A DNA stretch of 64,000 nucleotides from Methanomassiliicoccaceae archaeon. GTDB taxonomy: Archaea; Thermoplasmatota; Thermoplasmata; Methanomassiliicoccales; Methanomethylophilaceae. Position 1 is the stretch's first letter, and every line of letters begins with the position of its first letter. Below the pieces are notes generated by a model, which was not told where the DNA came from, made no database searches, and saw nothing but the letters and a program-made list of their open reading frames with translations. Shown in pieces: positions 43,349 through 52,243 of the stretch. The DNA is taken from NCBI GenBank assembly GCA_003557905.1, contig PWNH01000132.1, positions 2,920-66,919 on the forward strand. The letters run 5' to 3'. A program made the translations under genes and the position numbers.

Positions 43349-45000
43349 CAGTAACCGCCTCCATCACGTTTGATGACATAGCGTAGGGCGAACATGAACA
43401 CGAATGAGACCATGATGAGCACCATCGCCGATACGGCTGCCAGGTAGTAATCGCCGGAGCTCATCAGGTTGACTATGTAGACCGGAACGGTGTTGGCCTC
43501 GGAGCTGACAGCCACCGTGGCACCGGTCTCGCCGAGAGAGCGGGTGAAGGCGAGGATGGCGCCGGCAAGGACCGCCGAACGGACGATGGGCAACAGAACG
43601 GTACGGAAGGTGGCGAACGGTTTTGCACCCAAGGTACGCGCCGCCTCCTCATACGACGGGTCCACCTCCATGACCGCCCCGGCGACATTCCTCACCACCA
43701 ATGGATAGGTGAAGGCTATGTGCGCCATTATGACCAGGAAGGTAACGTTGGTCACCAGGTCCTGGCTGGTCCAGAACAGGGCCAGGGAGAATCCCAAGGC
43801 GGTGGTGGGGACGATGAGCGGTATGTTGACCAGGGAATCCACCACCTGAGCCAACTTCTTGTCCCGGTGCCGGGCGATGTATATGCCCATCGGAACACCG
43901 AGTACTATGTCCGCCAGTGTCACCACGCCGGCCACCATGAACGAGAAGGCCAGAGCGTCAATGAGCCCCGACCAGTCCATCTCCGCGGGAGAGGGCACTA
44001 GAAGATAGGCGAATATGAAGAATGACGGGATTATCACGATGGTGAAAAGCCAAACGAAACTGATGGCGTCCTTGGCCTTGGGCACCATGCCTCGGCTCAA
44101 TACACGCTCCCATCGCGGCCAAACCTTGTCGAATGGCACGTTTATCCTGCCAAGGACGAACTTGATTATGAGCAGGAAGATTATCGCCGTCACTATCAGT
44201 ATGATGCTGACGACGGCCAATATCGCCTCTACCTCCTCCGGCGCCAGAGTGGACCTCTTGAACCAAGCGATAAGTGTGGGGCCGGTGAAGAACTTGTCCG
44301 CCTGACCGACGGTTATGAGGGCGATGAACGTACCGCCCGTCTCACTCAATGAACGGGCGAAACAGAGTATGAAACCGGTTATGAGGCCGGCGCGGAACAG
44401 AGGCAGCGTTATCGTCCGGGCGGCGGTCATACGGCTGGCGCCCAATGTCATCCCCGCCTCCTCATAACTCTGGTCGATCTGCTCCAGGATGGCGGAGAGG
44501 GAACGGACCATGTAGGGATAGGTGAAGATGATGTGGAGAAGCATTATGAGGATGTAAGGGGAGGCCACGATTCCGAGCGCTCCCGGAGGCACAGGGGCGT
44601 CGATGGGCATTCCCCAGAAGATACCGATGGAGAAACCGAGGGCGGCCGTGGGGAAGGCCAATGGCATGTCGATAAGGGTGTCGAGGATCCTCTTCCCCCG
44701 GAACTCCTTGCGCACCATTATCCAGGCCATCGGTATGCCGACGATGAGGTCGATGACGGTGACCAGCAACGCCAAGCTGAAAGAGGCGAATACCGCCCCC
44801 CATATCAGGGACATCGTCTCAGGGTCGTCAAGGACTACGTCGCTCAGGTTCTGAAAGTCGGTAATGCCGTATATCAGCACATAAACCGTCGGCAATATGA
44901 TGAATGCCAGGAAGAACAGGGTGATGATCCCGAACCATCCGCTGCGGATGTCCCTCCTGCTGGAGAGATCGTCTAGCCTCTTTGTCAGGTTCATCGGCAT
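43348..45000 (-). CDS. ABC importer permease, fused two-module (about 12 TM) type I importer (CysTW / ModB / FbpB-like)
   Basis: 550 aa. Two EAA-loop modules (YEEAGMTLGASRMTAARTITLPL...ARSLSETGGT and YEEAARTLGAKPFATFRTVLLPI...TRSLGETGAT). Confidence 0.85.
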   Translation of the reverse strand: MPMNLTKRLDDLSSRRDIRSGWFGIITLFFLAFIILPTVYVLIYGITDFQNLSDVVLDDPETMSLIWGAVFASFSLALLVTVIDLIVGIPMAWIMVRKEFRGKRILDTLIDMPLAFPTAALGFSIGIFWGMPIDAPVPPGALGIVASPYILIMLLHIIFTYPYMVRSLSAILEQIDQSYEEAGMTLGASRMTAARTITLPLFRAGLITGFILCFARSLSETGGTFIALITVGQADKFFTGPTLIAWFKRSTLAPEEVEAILAVVSIILIVTAIIFLLIIKFVLGRINVPFDKVWPRWERVLSRGMVPKAKDAISFVWLFTIVIIPSFFIFAYLLVPSPAEMDWSGLIDALAFSFMVAGVVTLADIVLGVPMGIYIARHRDKKLAQVVDSLVNIPLIVPTTALGFSLALFWTSQDLVTNVTFLVIMAHIAFTYPLVVRNVAGAVMEVDPSYEEAARTLGAKPFATFRTVLLPIVRSAVLAGAILAFTRSLGETGATVAVSSEANTVPVYIVNLMSSGDYYLAAVSAMVLIMVSFVFMFALRYVIKRDGGGY

Positions 45001-45048
45001 CGGCGGTCTCTTGACTGATGATTATGTATATATCTGCTATGATTGTAA

Positions 45049-45065
45049 TCTATATAGGATATAGA
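45049..45065. repeat. Palindrome TCTATAT-AGG-ATATAGA in the AT-rich spacer upstream of the ABC operon
   Basis: Read directly. Embedded in several TATA-like runs at 45020-45080, so it could be an operator or simply overlapping TATA boxes. Confidence 0.35.
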
Positions 45066-45164
45066 ATCTCTATAGTTTTCTTCGGTTTTCGAATCCACCG
45101 ATCGATTGCATCGATATGAGCGGGCACATGATGGGAAAATGCGGGAAAACCTTTTTATCAGAGC

Positions 45165-46028
45165 CTATTGGAAGATCGTGTCAACGACCTTCTCGCCTCT
45201 TGCCACCTTGGCTCCGGGACATATTATGGAGTTGCGGACGAAGGCCTTCGACCCCACACTGGCACCGGCCATGACCGTTGATTCGGCCAGATCTGCGTCG
45301 GCGGCCACCGAGGATCCGTCCTTGAAGACGTTGCCCTTGCCCCTCTCCTGCAAAAGTATCCCCTGCGCCCGCAGATAACTGTCGCGGGTGCCGCAGTCCA
45401 CCCAGTGGCCTTCGAGCCTCATGCCGTAGAGGCCGCGGTCCAGCACTTTGGGGAAGACGTCCCTCTCCAGACTCACCACACCGTCGGGTATGTGTTCGAA
45501 TATCTCCGGCTCGAAGACGTAGACACCGGCGTTTATGAGGTCGGAGAGCTCCTCCCCGGGGGCGGGTTTCTCCTGAAATGATGTTACGCGGTCAGCGTCC
45601 AGGGCCACAACGCCGAAGGCACTGGGGTCGGGCACCTTCCACAGGGCGATCGTTCCGATCCCACCTGAACGGTGGTGGAATCCGACAAGCGCGGCGGCAT
45701 CCAGGGAGCATACGATGTCACCGTTGAAGGCCAGGAAGGTCTCATCTAGGTATTGGGATATGTTCTTGAGCGCCCCGCCGGTTCCCAGCGGCTCCTTCTC
45801 CTCCACCAGAATGACCTCGCGACCGACGTCGACAGAGTCGAAATAAGCCTGGAGGTCGTCTTTGCGGTAGTTGACCGCCAATATGACGGTGTCGACCTCG
45901 GCCGGAAGCGGGTCTATGATGTGCCTTATGAGCGGTTTGCCGACAAGGGGCACCAATGGCTTGGGCATGCCGTTGGTCAGGGGTCGCAGTCGCGTCCCCT
46001 GCCCTCCGGCGAGTATCGCCGCCTTCAT
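45165..46028 (-). CDS. Sugar-1-phosphate nucleotidylyltransferase (mannose-1-P guanylyl- / glucose-1-P thymidylyltransferase-like)
   Basis: 287 aa. MKAAILAGGQGTRLRPLTNGMPKPLVPL, EKEPLGTGGAL, short C-terminal hexapeptide-repeat tail. Confidence 0.85.
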   Translation of the reverse strand: MKAAILAGGQGTRLRPLTNGMPKPLVPLVGKPLIRHIIDPLPAEVDTVILAVNYRKDDLQAYFDSVDVGREVILVEEKEPLGTGGALKNISQYLDETFLAFNGDIVCSLDAAALVGFHHRSGGIGTIALWKVPDPSAFGVVALDADRVTSFQEKPAPGEELSDLINAGVYVFEPEIFEHIPDGVVSLERDVFPKVLDRGLYGMRLEGHWVDCGTRDSYLRAQGILLQERGKGNVFKDGSSVAADADLAESTVMAGASVGSKAFVRNSIICPGAKVARGEKVVDTIFQ

Positions 46029-46037
46029 CTCCTTGAT

Positions 46038-46280
46038 TCAGAGGGTTGATATGCTCACGACGTTGTTGCCACGCAGAACTACGGTTCCGAGACGCTTTTT
46101 CTGTTCCACAGTGGTCTCCTCCGTGTCCTCGAGTACCATGTTCATGTAGTCGTCGAAGCCGGTGAGCTTCCCTTCCAGGACCCTGCTGTCCTTCAGTAAT
46201 AGGGATATTCTCTTGTCGAGGGATTTCTCCAATAAAGCGAGAGGCATGACCTTTTCAATCAGACGTGAAAACTGAATCAT
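46038..46280 (-). CDS. Sm-like archaeal protein (LSm/SmAP)
   Basis: Sm1/Sm2 pattern: VLEGKLTGFDDYMNMVLEDTEE ... VVLRGNNVVSIS. ATG at 46247 is an alternative start. Confidence 0.8.
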   Translation of the reverse strand: MIQFSRLIEKVMPLALLEKSLDKRISLLLKDSRVLEGKLTGFDDYMNMVLEDTEETTVEQKKRLGTVVLRGNNVVSISTL

Positions 46281-46295
46281 GTTTTTAAAGGTTTT

Positions 46296-46799
46296 CTAAC
46301 GTTGGCTCTCGCGCGCGGTGTCCATCCAACGTCGGACGTCCTCGCGGCGGTGGGCGTCGATGCCGAAATGTTCCGAGAATCGGCGGTTGGTGCTCAGCTC
46401 CAGGGTCTGCCCTTTCTTCCTGGCGTCAACCAGGCCCATCTCCCTCAGTTTGCGGACGTCGTCATAAACGCGCGGACCTAGGGTCCGGCAGAGCTCGCTC
46501 TGCTCCACCGGTTGATGGTAGGCGATCATCGCTGCCGTGCGTAGCGTGGACGGCGGTATCTCGGGAGGGGAGAACTGCTGCCCGTAGGGGAGGTACTCCT
46601 CACGCAGGCAGAGGGAGTAGCGTCCACCGGCGCGGAGCACCCGCAGTGCTGAGCCCCGCTCCTCATAATCATCCTGCAATGCCTTGAGGGCACTGCGTAC
46701 CTGCGATTCGCTCAGACCGGTGGACTTGGACACGTCCACCGCCCGCAATCCCTCATGGGAGGCGAAAAGCACCGCCTCCACCAGGGCCTTGGGCTCCAC
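46296..46799 (-). CDS. scpB: Segregation and condensation protein B
   Basis: 167 aa. LVEAVLFAS start and two winged-helix repeats. GTG start immediately after the scpA stop. Confidence 0.8.
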   Translation of the reverse strand: MEPKALVEAVLFASHEGLRAVDVSKSTGLSESQVRSALKALQDDYEERGSALRVLRAGGRYSLCLREEYLPYGQQFSPPEIPPSTLRTAAMIAYHQPVEQSELCRTLGPRVYDDVRKLREMGLVDARKKGQTLELSTNRRFSEHFGIDAHRREDVRRWMDTARESQR

Positions 46800-47663
46800 T
46801 CACATCACCAGTTTGTCCTCGGTCTCGGCCAGCACCGCGTCCTCGACCTTGCCTTGCATCCAATCCACCTTGATCTCTATGAACACCTCACCGTACGGCA
46901 GTTCGTCCTGCCATACCGCCAGGAGGCCGTTGCGGACCAGGAACAGCACTGCCACGAAGGAGGAGATGTTGGCGGTGTGGTCGCATCCGAACAGCTCCCT
47001 CAGGGCCAAAGGACCGGCGCCGAATCTCTGTATGCGCTCCCATACCCGGTCGACATCGCTCTCCATGTCCTCGTCGTGGGCCTGGTTGCGGAAGGGGGCG
47101 GTCGTCTTCGCCCTCACGGAACGGGTGCGGTCGCGCTCGACCTCGCGACGGGCCTCCTCGAAGGCGTCGAGCAGTTCCATCAGTGAGACGGGTCGCAGCT
47201 CACGGCGGCGGAGGGTTGGGGTGAGCAGTGCCGGCGGCGGGAGCAGCCTCGCCGGCTCTTCGTAAAGGTCATCCACCAGACCGTCCATGTCCCACATCTG
47301 GAACGGGCAGTCCTGTCTCTCCTTCTCGTTGATTATCTCGTCACTCTGCAGACGCAGGACCTGCCATGCCATATGCACCAGCTTGCCGGCCACTATCAGG
47401 TCCACGCGCTCCTTGCCTATCCTGTTCGTATACAGACGGGTGAACTCCATGAGGTCTATGGCCCAGGGGTCCATCCCATGGCTGAGGACCAGCTCGAACG
47501 CCGAGCGTATGGACTCGTCGACGGGGTCGCAGAGCGATTCGCCCTCACCCTCGTCGAATATGCGCAGATACCTCTGCAATTTCGCTATGCCCGCCTCGTC
47601 ATCCACCAGAGCCTGGTGGAACATAAGGTGCTCCAGCACCGACTGGTCCCTCGTCTCGCTCAT
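46800..47663 (-). CDS. scpA: Segregation and condensation protein A (kleisin)
   Basis: 287 aa. GMDPWAIDLMEFTRLY N-terminal kleisin motif. Conserved position between smc and scpB. The start overlaps the smc stop (ATGA). Confidence 0.8.
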   Translation of the reverse strand: MSETRDQSVLEHLMFHQALVDDEAGIAKLQRYLRIFDEGEGESLCDPVDESIRSAFELVLSHGMDPWAIDLMEFTRLYTNRIGKERVDLIVAGKLVHMAWQVLRLQSDEIINEKERQDCPFQMWDMDGLVDDLYEEPARLLPPPALLTPTLRRRELRPVSLMELLDAFEEARREVERDRTRSVRAKTTAPFRNQAHDEDMESDVDRVWERIQRFGAGPLALRELFGCDHTANISSFVAVLFLVRNGLLAVWQDELPYGEVFIEIKVDWMQGKVEDAVLAETEDKLVM

Positions 47664-50600
47664 GTGCTCCCCTCCGCTTCCTTCAAAGTGCTCGATATAT
47701 CGCCCAGGTTGGGCTGCATTATGACCTTGCTTATCCCGTTCGGTTGACGGGTGACGCCCATCAGATGGTCGGCCTTGCCCAGGGTCACCTTGCGCAGCGA
47801 TATCTGCACGAACTGCGCCTTGGCGCAGCTCTGCTTCACCCTCCTCGCCACCATCTCAGCGTTCACCGAGTCCAGGAACATGTCCACCTCGTCCAGGAGG
47901 TAGAAGGGCGATGGCTGGTGCTCCTGCAGGGCGAATATGAATGCCAAGGCCGTAAGGCTCTTCTCCCCGCCGCTCAGCGCCTCCAGTCGCAGCAGTTTGC
48001 CGTTCTTGGGCTTGGCGTTGATCAGCAGTCCGCCCGAGAACGGGTCCTCGGGATGCTCCAGCGATAGGTAGGCCTCCCCTCCTCCGGAGAGGTCGGCGTA
48101 TATGGAACGGAAATTCTCGTCCACGGCCTTGTACACTATGTCGAAGACCGTCTTCTTCTCCTCGTTCAGGCCGTCCATGAGTGCGAGGAGCTCCACACGC
48201 TGGTTCTCCAGCCTCTGCACCTCCTCCATCATACGGTCATGGCGGCCCTTCTTCTCCTCGTAATCCTCGATGGCGCGCAGGTTAACATTGCCCATCGCCT
48301 CCAGCTCCGCCTCCGATTTCCGTATGCGGGAACGGATGCTGTCCAGGGACGGCAGGGGATGCTCGACGGTGACCTTGATCCCTTCCGCCTCGACGCGCAA
48401 CTGCTCCAGCCTCTGGTCGGTCTGCGCCAGCCTGACGCGCAGGCCGTTCTGGAAATCCTCCTTGGTGGTCATCCGGTCCTTGAGCGATTCGGCCTCGGAG
48501 TTGCGGGCCACCGAATTGCGATAGGCGTCGTCCCTCTTGTCACGGAGCTCCTTGACCTCGTCCTCCATGGTCTGCATCATGGACTTGACGGCGGCCATCT
48601 CCTTCCTTATCTCCGTCTCCTCGGCACGGGCGGAGTCCCTGTCCGAGACCAACTCCTTGAGTCTAGACTCCAATGAAGTCGCTGCGCCATCGTTTTTCGA
48701 TATGGATGAATCCAGGTTGTTCAGGGTGGTCTCGGCGGCCATGACTCTGCCCTCTATGGTGCCGAGATTGCGGTCCGCATTCAAAAGTGCATCCTGCAAC
48801 CCGGACAGCCGGCGTTGCACATCCTCGGGCGCCAGCTCGAGGAGTTTCGCCTTCATTCCGCGCAGCGTCTCCCGTGTCGCTTCGAGCTCCTCGGAGCAGG
48901 CGGCGAGCTCGGCATCCTTGGCCTTCAGCTCAGCATCCTTGGCCACTGACGCGGCGTTGTTGCCGTCCAGCTCCTCCTTGAGGGAGTCCCGGCGCTCGCG
49001 GGCCTCGTCCCTCTTCCCCTGCAGACGCTGCATCGAATCCTTGAAATCACGGTCGCTGCTGCTGGCCGACCGCAACTCCTCCTCCGCGGACCTCATCCCC
49101 CCACGGACCTGGGCGACCTCTTCCACCAACCGGTCCAATGCTCCGGTGGCGATGCGGAGCTCTTCAGCAACGGCCTCCAGCCTGCCCGCCGATGCCGAAC
49201 CGAACTTCATGCCCTGTTTGGCGAGACTGCCGCCGACGATCGCCCCCGCGGCCTCGATGACCTCGCCGTCCAATGTCACCAGCCTCACACCGCCCATCAA
49301 CTGCCGTGCCGAGGAGAGGTCCTCGGTGACCACGGTGTCGCTGAGGACGTGCCAGAACGCCGCCCGGTATGCCGGGTCGAAACGGACGAGGTCGATGGCG
49401 TACCCCAATGAGCGCCCGGCGGCCATGATTGCCTTGGCCCTCGGCCTCCCCTCCTGCATCTTGCTCAGGGGAAGGAAGGTGGCCCGGCCCGCCTTGGTCC
49501 TCTTCAGCATATCGATGGCCTGGGCGGCGACGCTGTCATCGTCGACGATTATCGCCTGCATACGGCCCCCGGCGGCCACCGACAGGGCGGTCTCGTACTC
49601 CTCGTCCACCTCCGCCAGTTCGGCGATGGTCCCGTGTATCCCCTTGATCGTACCGCGATCCCTGGCTTCGAGCACCGAGACCACGGCACGGTTGTATCCT
49701 TTCTGGAGGTTCTCGGCGGCCTCCTTCTCCGCCTTCAATGAAATGTAATCCCTCTCCAGGCGGTGAACCGCCTGCCGCAGGTCCCTCTCCTCCTCACTGA
49801 GGCGGGTCTCCTCGGTCTTCAAAACTCTCAGGCGTTGGCTCACTTCCTTGAGCCTCTCCGCCGCCTCGCCCTCGCTCTTCTTGAGCTCCCTCATCTGCCA
49901 TTCGGCATCCTGGGCCTCGAACTTGGCCGTCTCGAGGTCCTCCTCCAAACGTGACATCTCACGCTCCAGGGCATCACCCTCGTTGACCAGCGCCCCCCGT
50001 TCGATGCTGAGGCGGTGTTGCTTGTCGCGCAGCGTCTCGACACCTTCCTCGGCGACCGCAATCCCATCCTGAAGGCGGGAGAGCTCCCCGCCGCGAGACT
50101 CGATCTCATCACGCAGCGCCTCAAGGTCCGCCTGCACCGAATCCCTCTCGCTGGCGGCGGCGTCCCTCTCACTGCGCACGGCGATCAACGCCGCATCGGC
50201 ATCAGCCCTCTCACCGTTGAGGCGGACCGCCTCCTCACGGCAGGCCTCCAGCTCCGCCTCCTCATCGCTGATGTCGGAGTCCGCCCTCTCGGCACGGTCC
50301 TTGCGCCGTGCCGCCTCGACCATGAGCACGTCCCTTCTTTCCTTCAACTGACGGTACTCATCACCGCCGCGGTCCTCGATCTCCCTCTCCCAGCGCTGCT
50401 TCTCCTCCTCGAACCTACGGGCATCCTCCAGGAACCCTTTCCTCTCGGCGGCGATGGCCGCTATCTCCTGGTCGTAGGCATCTATCTGCGACCGGATGCT
50501 GTCCGCCTCGGCCTGGGCGAGCTCCAGGTTCTTGTGAACCAGTTCGGCCTTGGCGATGTCCAGACCGGCCTTGGCGTCGAGGTAGCGACGGGCGGCCTTC

Positions 50601-51241
50601 CTCTCCTCATCCAATTGCAGAAGCTGCGTCTCCAGTTCCTTCTTTATTATCGATATTCGCTCCAGGTTGTCATCGGTCTGTCTCCGTTCCTCCTCCGCCT
50701 TGGCGATGTCGGCGTCGAATCGGGAGATGCCGGATATGCCGTCCAACACCCTCCTGCGCTCCAGGTTGCCCATCTCCACGATGCGGGTGACGTCGCCCTG
50801 CTGCACAAGGTTGTAACCCTCGGCGGATATGCGGGCGCTGGACAACAGGTCGTCGAACTCGCTCAGAGAGGAGCGGTGGTCGTTGACATAGAAATATGAG
50901 TTGTAACCCTCGCCGCTGGACGACATCTTGACCAGACGGGTCAGCCGTACGGTGTCGGCATCCCAGGGTATTACGCGGTCGCTGTTGTCGAACACCAGGG
51001 AGACCTTGGTGAAATCGGATGCCTTGCGGCTCTTGCCGCCGTCGAATATGAGGTCGCTGAGCTTGCCGGCCCTGATGGCCTTGGAGCTCTTGGGCCCGAG
51101 GACGAACAGGATGGCATCTGAGATGTTCGATTTACCGGAGCCGTTCGGTCCGGTTATCGCCAGATAGCCTTCCAGCAAAGGAATGCTTAGCTTCCCGCCG
51201 AAGGACTTGAAGTTCTCCAGCTCTATCTGCTTAAGGTACAC
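47660..51241 (-). CDS. smc: Chromosome partition protein SMC
   Basis: 1193 aa. GPNGSGKSN Walker A, long coiled coils, hinge (GIHGTIAELAEVDEEYETALSVAAG), LSGGEKSLTALAF signature, FYLLDEVD Walker B. GTG start at 51239-51241. Confidence 0.95.
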   Translation of the reverse strand: MYLKQIELENFKSFGGKLSIPLLEGYLAITGPNGSGKSNISDAILFVLGPKSSKAIRAGKLSDLIFDGGKSRKASDFTKVSLVFDNSDRVIPWDADTVRLTRLVKMSSSGEGYNSYFYVNDHRSSLSEFDDLLSSARISAEGYNLVQQGDVTRIVEMGNLERRRVLDGISGISRFDADIAKAEEERRQTDDNLERISIIKKELETQLLQLDEERKAARRYLDAKAGLDIAKAELVHKNLELAQAEADSIRSQIDAYDQEIAAIAAERKGFLEDARRFEEEKQRWEREIEDRGGDEYRQLKERRDVLMVEAARRKDRAERADSDISDEEAELEACREEAVRLNGERADADAALIAVRSERDAAASERDSVQADLEALRDEIESRGGELSRLQDGIAVAEEGVETLRDKQHRLSIERGALVNEGDALEREMSRLEEDLETAKFEAQDAEWQMRELKKSEGEAAERLKEVSQRLRVLKTEETRLSEEERDLRQAVHRLERDYISLKAEKEAAENLQKGYNRAVVSVLEARDRGTIKGIHGTIAELAEVDEEYETALSVAAGGRMQAIIVDDDSVAAQAIDMLKRTKAGRATFLPLSKMQEGRPRAKAIMAAGRSLGYAIDLVRFDPAYRAAFWHVLSDTVVTEDLSSARQLMGGVRLVTLDGEVIEAAGAIVGGSLAKQGMKFGSASAGRLEAVAEELRIATGALDRLVEEVAQVRGGMRSAEEELRSASSSDRDFKDSMQRLQGKRDEARERRDSLKEELDGNNAASVAKDAELKAKDAELAACSEELEATRETLRGMKAKLLELAPEDVQRRLSGLQDALLNADRNLGTIEGRVMAAETTLNNLDSSISKNDGAATSLESRLKELVSDRDSARAEETEIRKEMAAVKSMMQTMEDEVKELRDKRDDAYRNSVARNSEAESLKDRMTTKEDFQNGLRVRLAQTDQRLEQLRVEAEGIKVTVEHPLPSLDSIRSRIRKSEAELEAMGNVNLRAIEDYEEKKGRHDRMMEEVQRLENQRVELLALMDGLNEEKKTVFDIVYKAVDENFRSIYADLSGGGEAYLSLEHPEDPFSGGLLINAKPKNGKLLRLEALSGGEKSLTALAFIFALQEHQPSPFYLLDEVDMFLDSVNAEMVARRVKQSCAKAQFVQISLRKVTLGKADHLMGVTRQPNGISKVIMQPNLGDISSTLKEAEGST

Positions 51242-51306
51242 TGTTTACACCCCCTGCGGGGCGAGAGGCGGATCCTGTGCGGGGACCCTGTGTCGCATCC
51301 CATCGA

Positions 51307-51325
51307 GGACAGGCCAGACCTGTCC
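51307..51325 (-). promoter_or_regulatory. Perfect 7-bp hairpin (GGACAGG-CCAGA-CCTGTCC) in the smc leader, downstream of a consensus TATA (TTTATATA on the minus strand, 51349-51356)
   Basis: Read directly. The TATA lies about 108 nt upstream of the smc GTG, implying an unusually long, GC-rich leader of about 80 nt for this locus. Confidence 0.35.
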
Positions 51326-51379
51326 AGGTTTATAAGAGGATTAGTTCGTATATAAAGGTTGTCGGTGCATCCAGCGCCT

Positions 51380-52156
51380 TCATTCCCTTCCGACCAGTTC
51401 GGCTACGCTGTCCACCACCACATCGATCGTCATGCCGGATTCCTGCAGGGAGCCTTCATCCGCCTCACCGCTGAGGACGAGGATGGAGGTCATGCCGTTC
51501 TCCACCGCCATCCTCATGTCGGTGTAAAGTCGGTCCCCGACCATCGCCAGTTTTGACACCGGGACGTTGAGATGGATTGAGGCCATCTCCACCATGGCGG
51601 GGTTCGGCTTCCCGATGATCAGGGCCTTCTTTCCGCTCAGCTCCTCGAACATCCGTATGAACGGCCCGACATCCACATCATAGCCGTCCTCCGTCGGGCA
51701 CAGGTCATCGGGATGGGTGGCGATGAGATCCGCCCCCTGGAGGAGGAGGTGATAGGCGTGGTTGATCTTCTGGTATGTGATGGTGCGGTCGAATGCCAGC
51801 AGAACGATCGGTGCCGTGTCTGACACTTCGATCCCCGCCTCCTGCAGCTCCTCCATGAACTGCGGGGTTCCCAGAGGGTAGACGGCCTTCCCTTTGCATT
51901 TTGATTTCAGATGCAGTACGGTGGCGGTGGTGGATGTCAGTATGTTCTCCATGCCGACGTCGAATCCCATTCCGGTGAGCTTGCGCAGATAATGGGAACG
52001 GCTGGAGGATGAGTTGTTGGTGAGCATCACGAAAGGTTTGTTCTTCTCTTTGAGATATGAGATGAAATCCTTGGCCCCGGGGATGGGTTCCATTCCCTTG
52101 TACACCGTGCCGTCCATGTCTATCAGGAACCCTTCCACCCCTTCTAGATGCCCCAT
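51380..52156 (-). CDS. HAD-superfamily subfamily IIA phosphatase (NagD-like)
   Basis: 258 aa. FLIDMDGTVYKG (DxDG), MLTNNSS, GKPNP, MVGDRLYTDM motifs. Confidence 0.8.
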   Translation of the reverse strand: MGHLEGVEGFLIDMDGTVYKGMEPIPGAKDFISYLKEKNKPFVMLTNNSSSSRSHYLRKLTGMGFDVGMENILTSTTATVLHLKSKCKGKAVYPLGTPQFMEELQEAGIEVSDTAPIVLLAFDRTITYQKINHAYHLLLQGADLIATHPDDLCPTEDGYDVDVGPFIRMFEELSGKKALIIGKPNPAMVEMASIHLNVPVSKLAMVGDRLYTDMRMAVENGMTSILVLSGEADEGSLQESGMTIDVVVDSVAELVGRE

Positions 52157-52243
52157 AAGGGGAGAATGGTGGTCAAATTATTAATCGATGGTATGTAGTT
52201 GCCAATCCACGGACCGTCGGGACTTCGGATGGAGTGTTGTTGT

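Noticed and set aside
48537-49748. 403-aa Ser-rich ORF on the + strand inside smc.
   Set aside because: It is antisense to the SMC coiled-coil region. The Ser/Ala/Arg-rich translation is the complement of Glu/Ala/Leu/Arg codons, and it has no start context or motifs.
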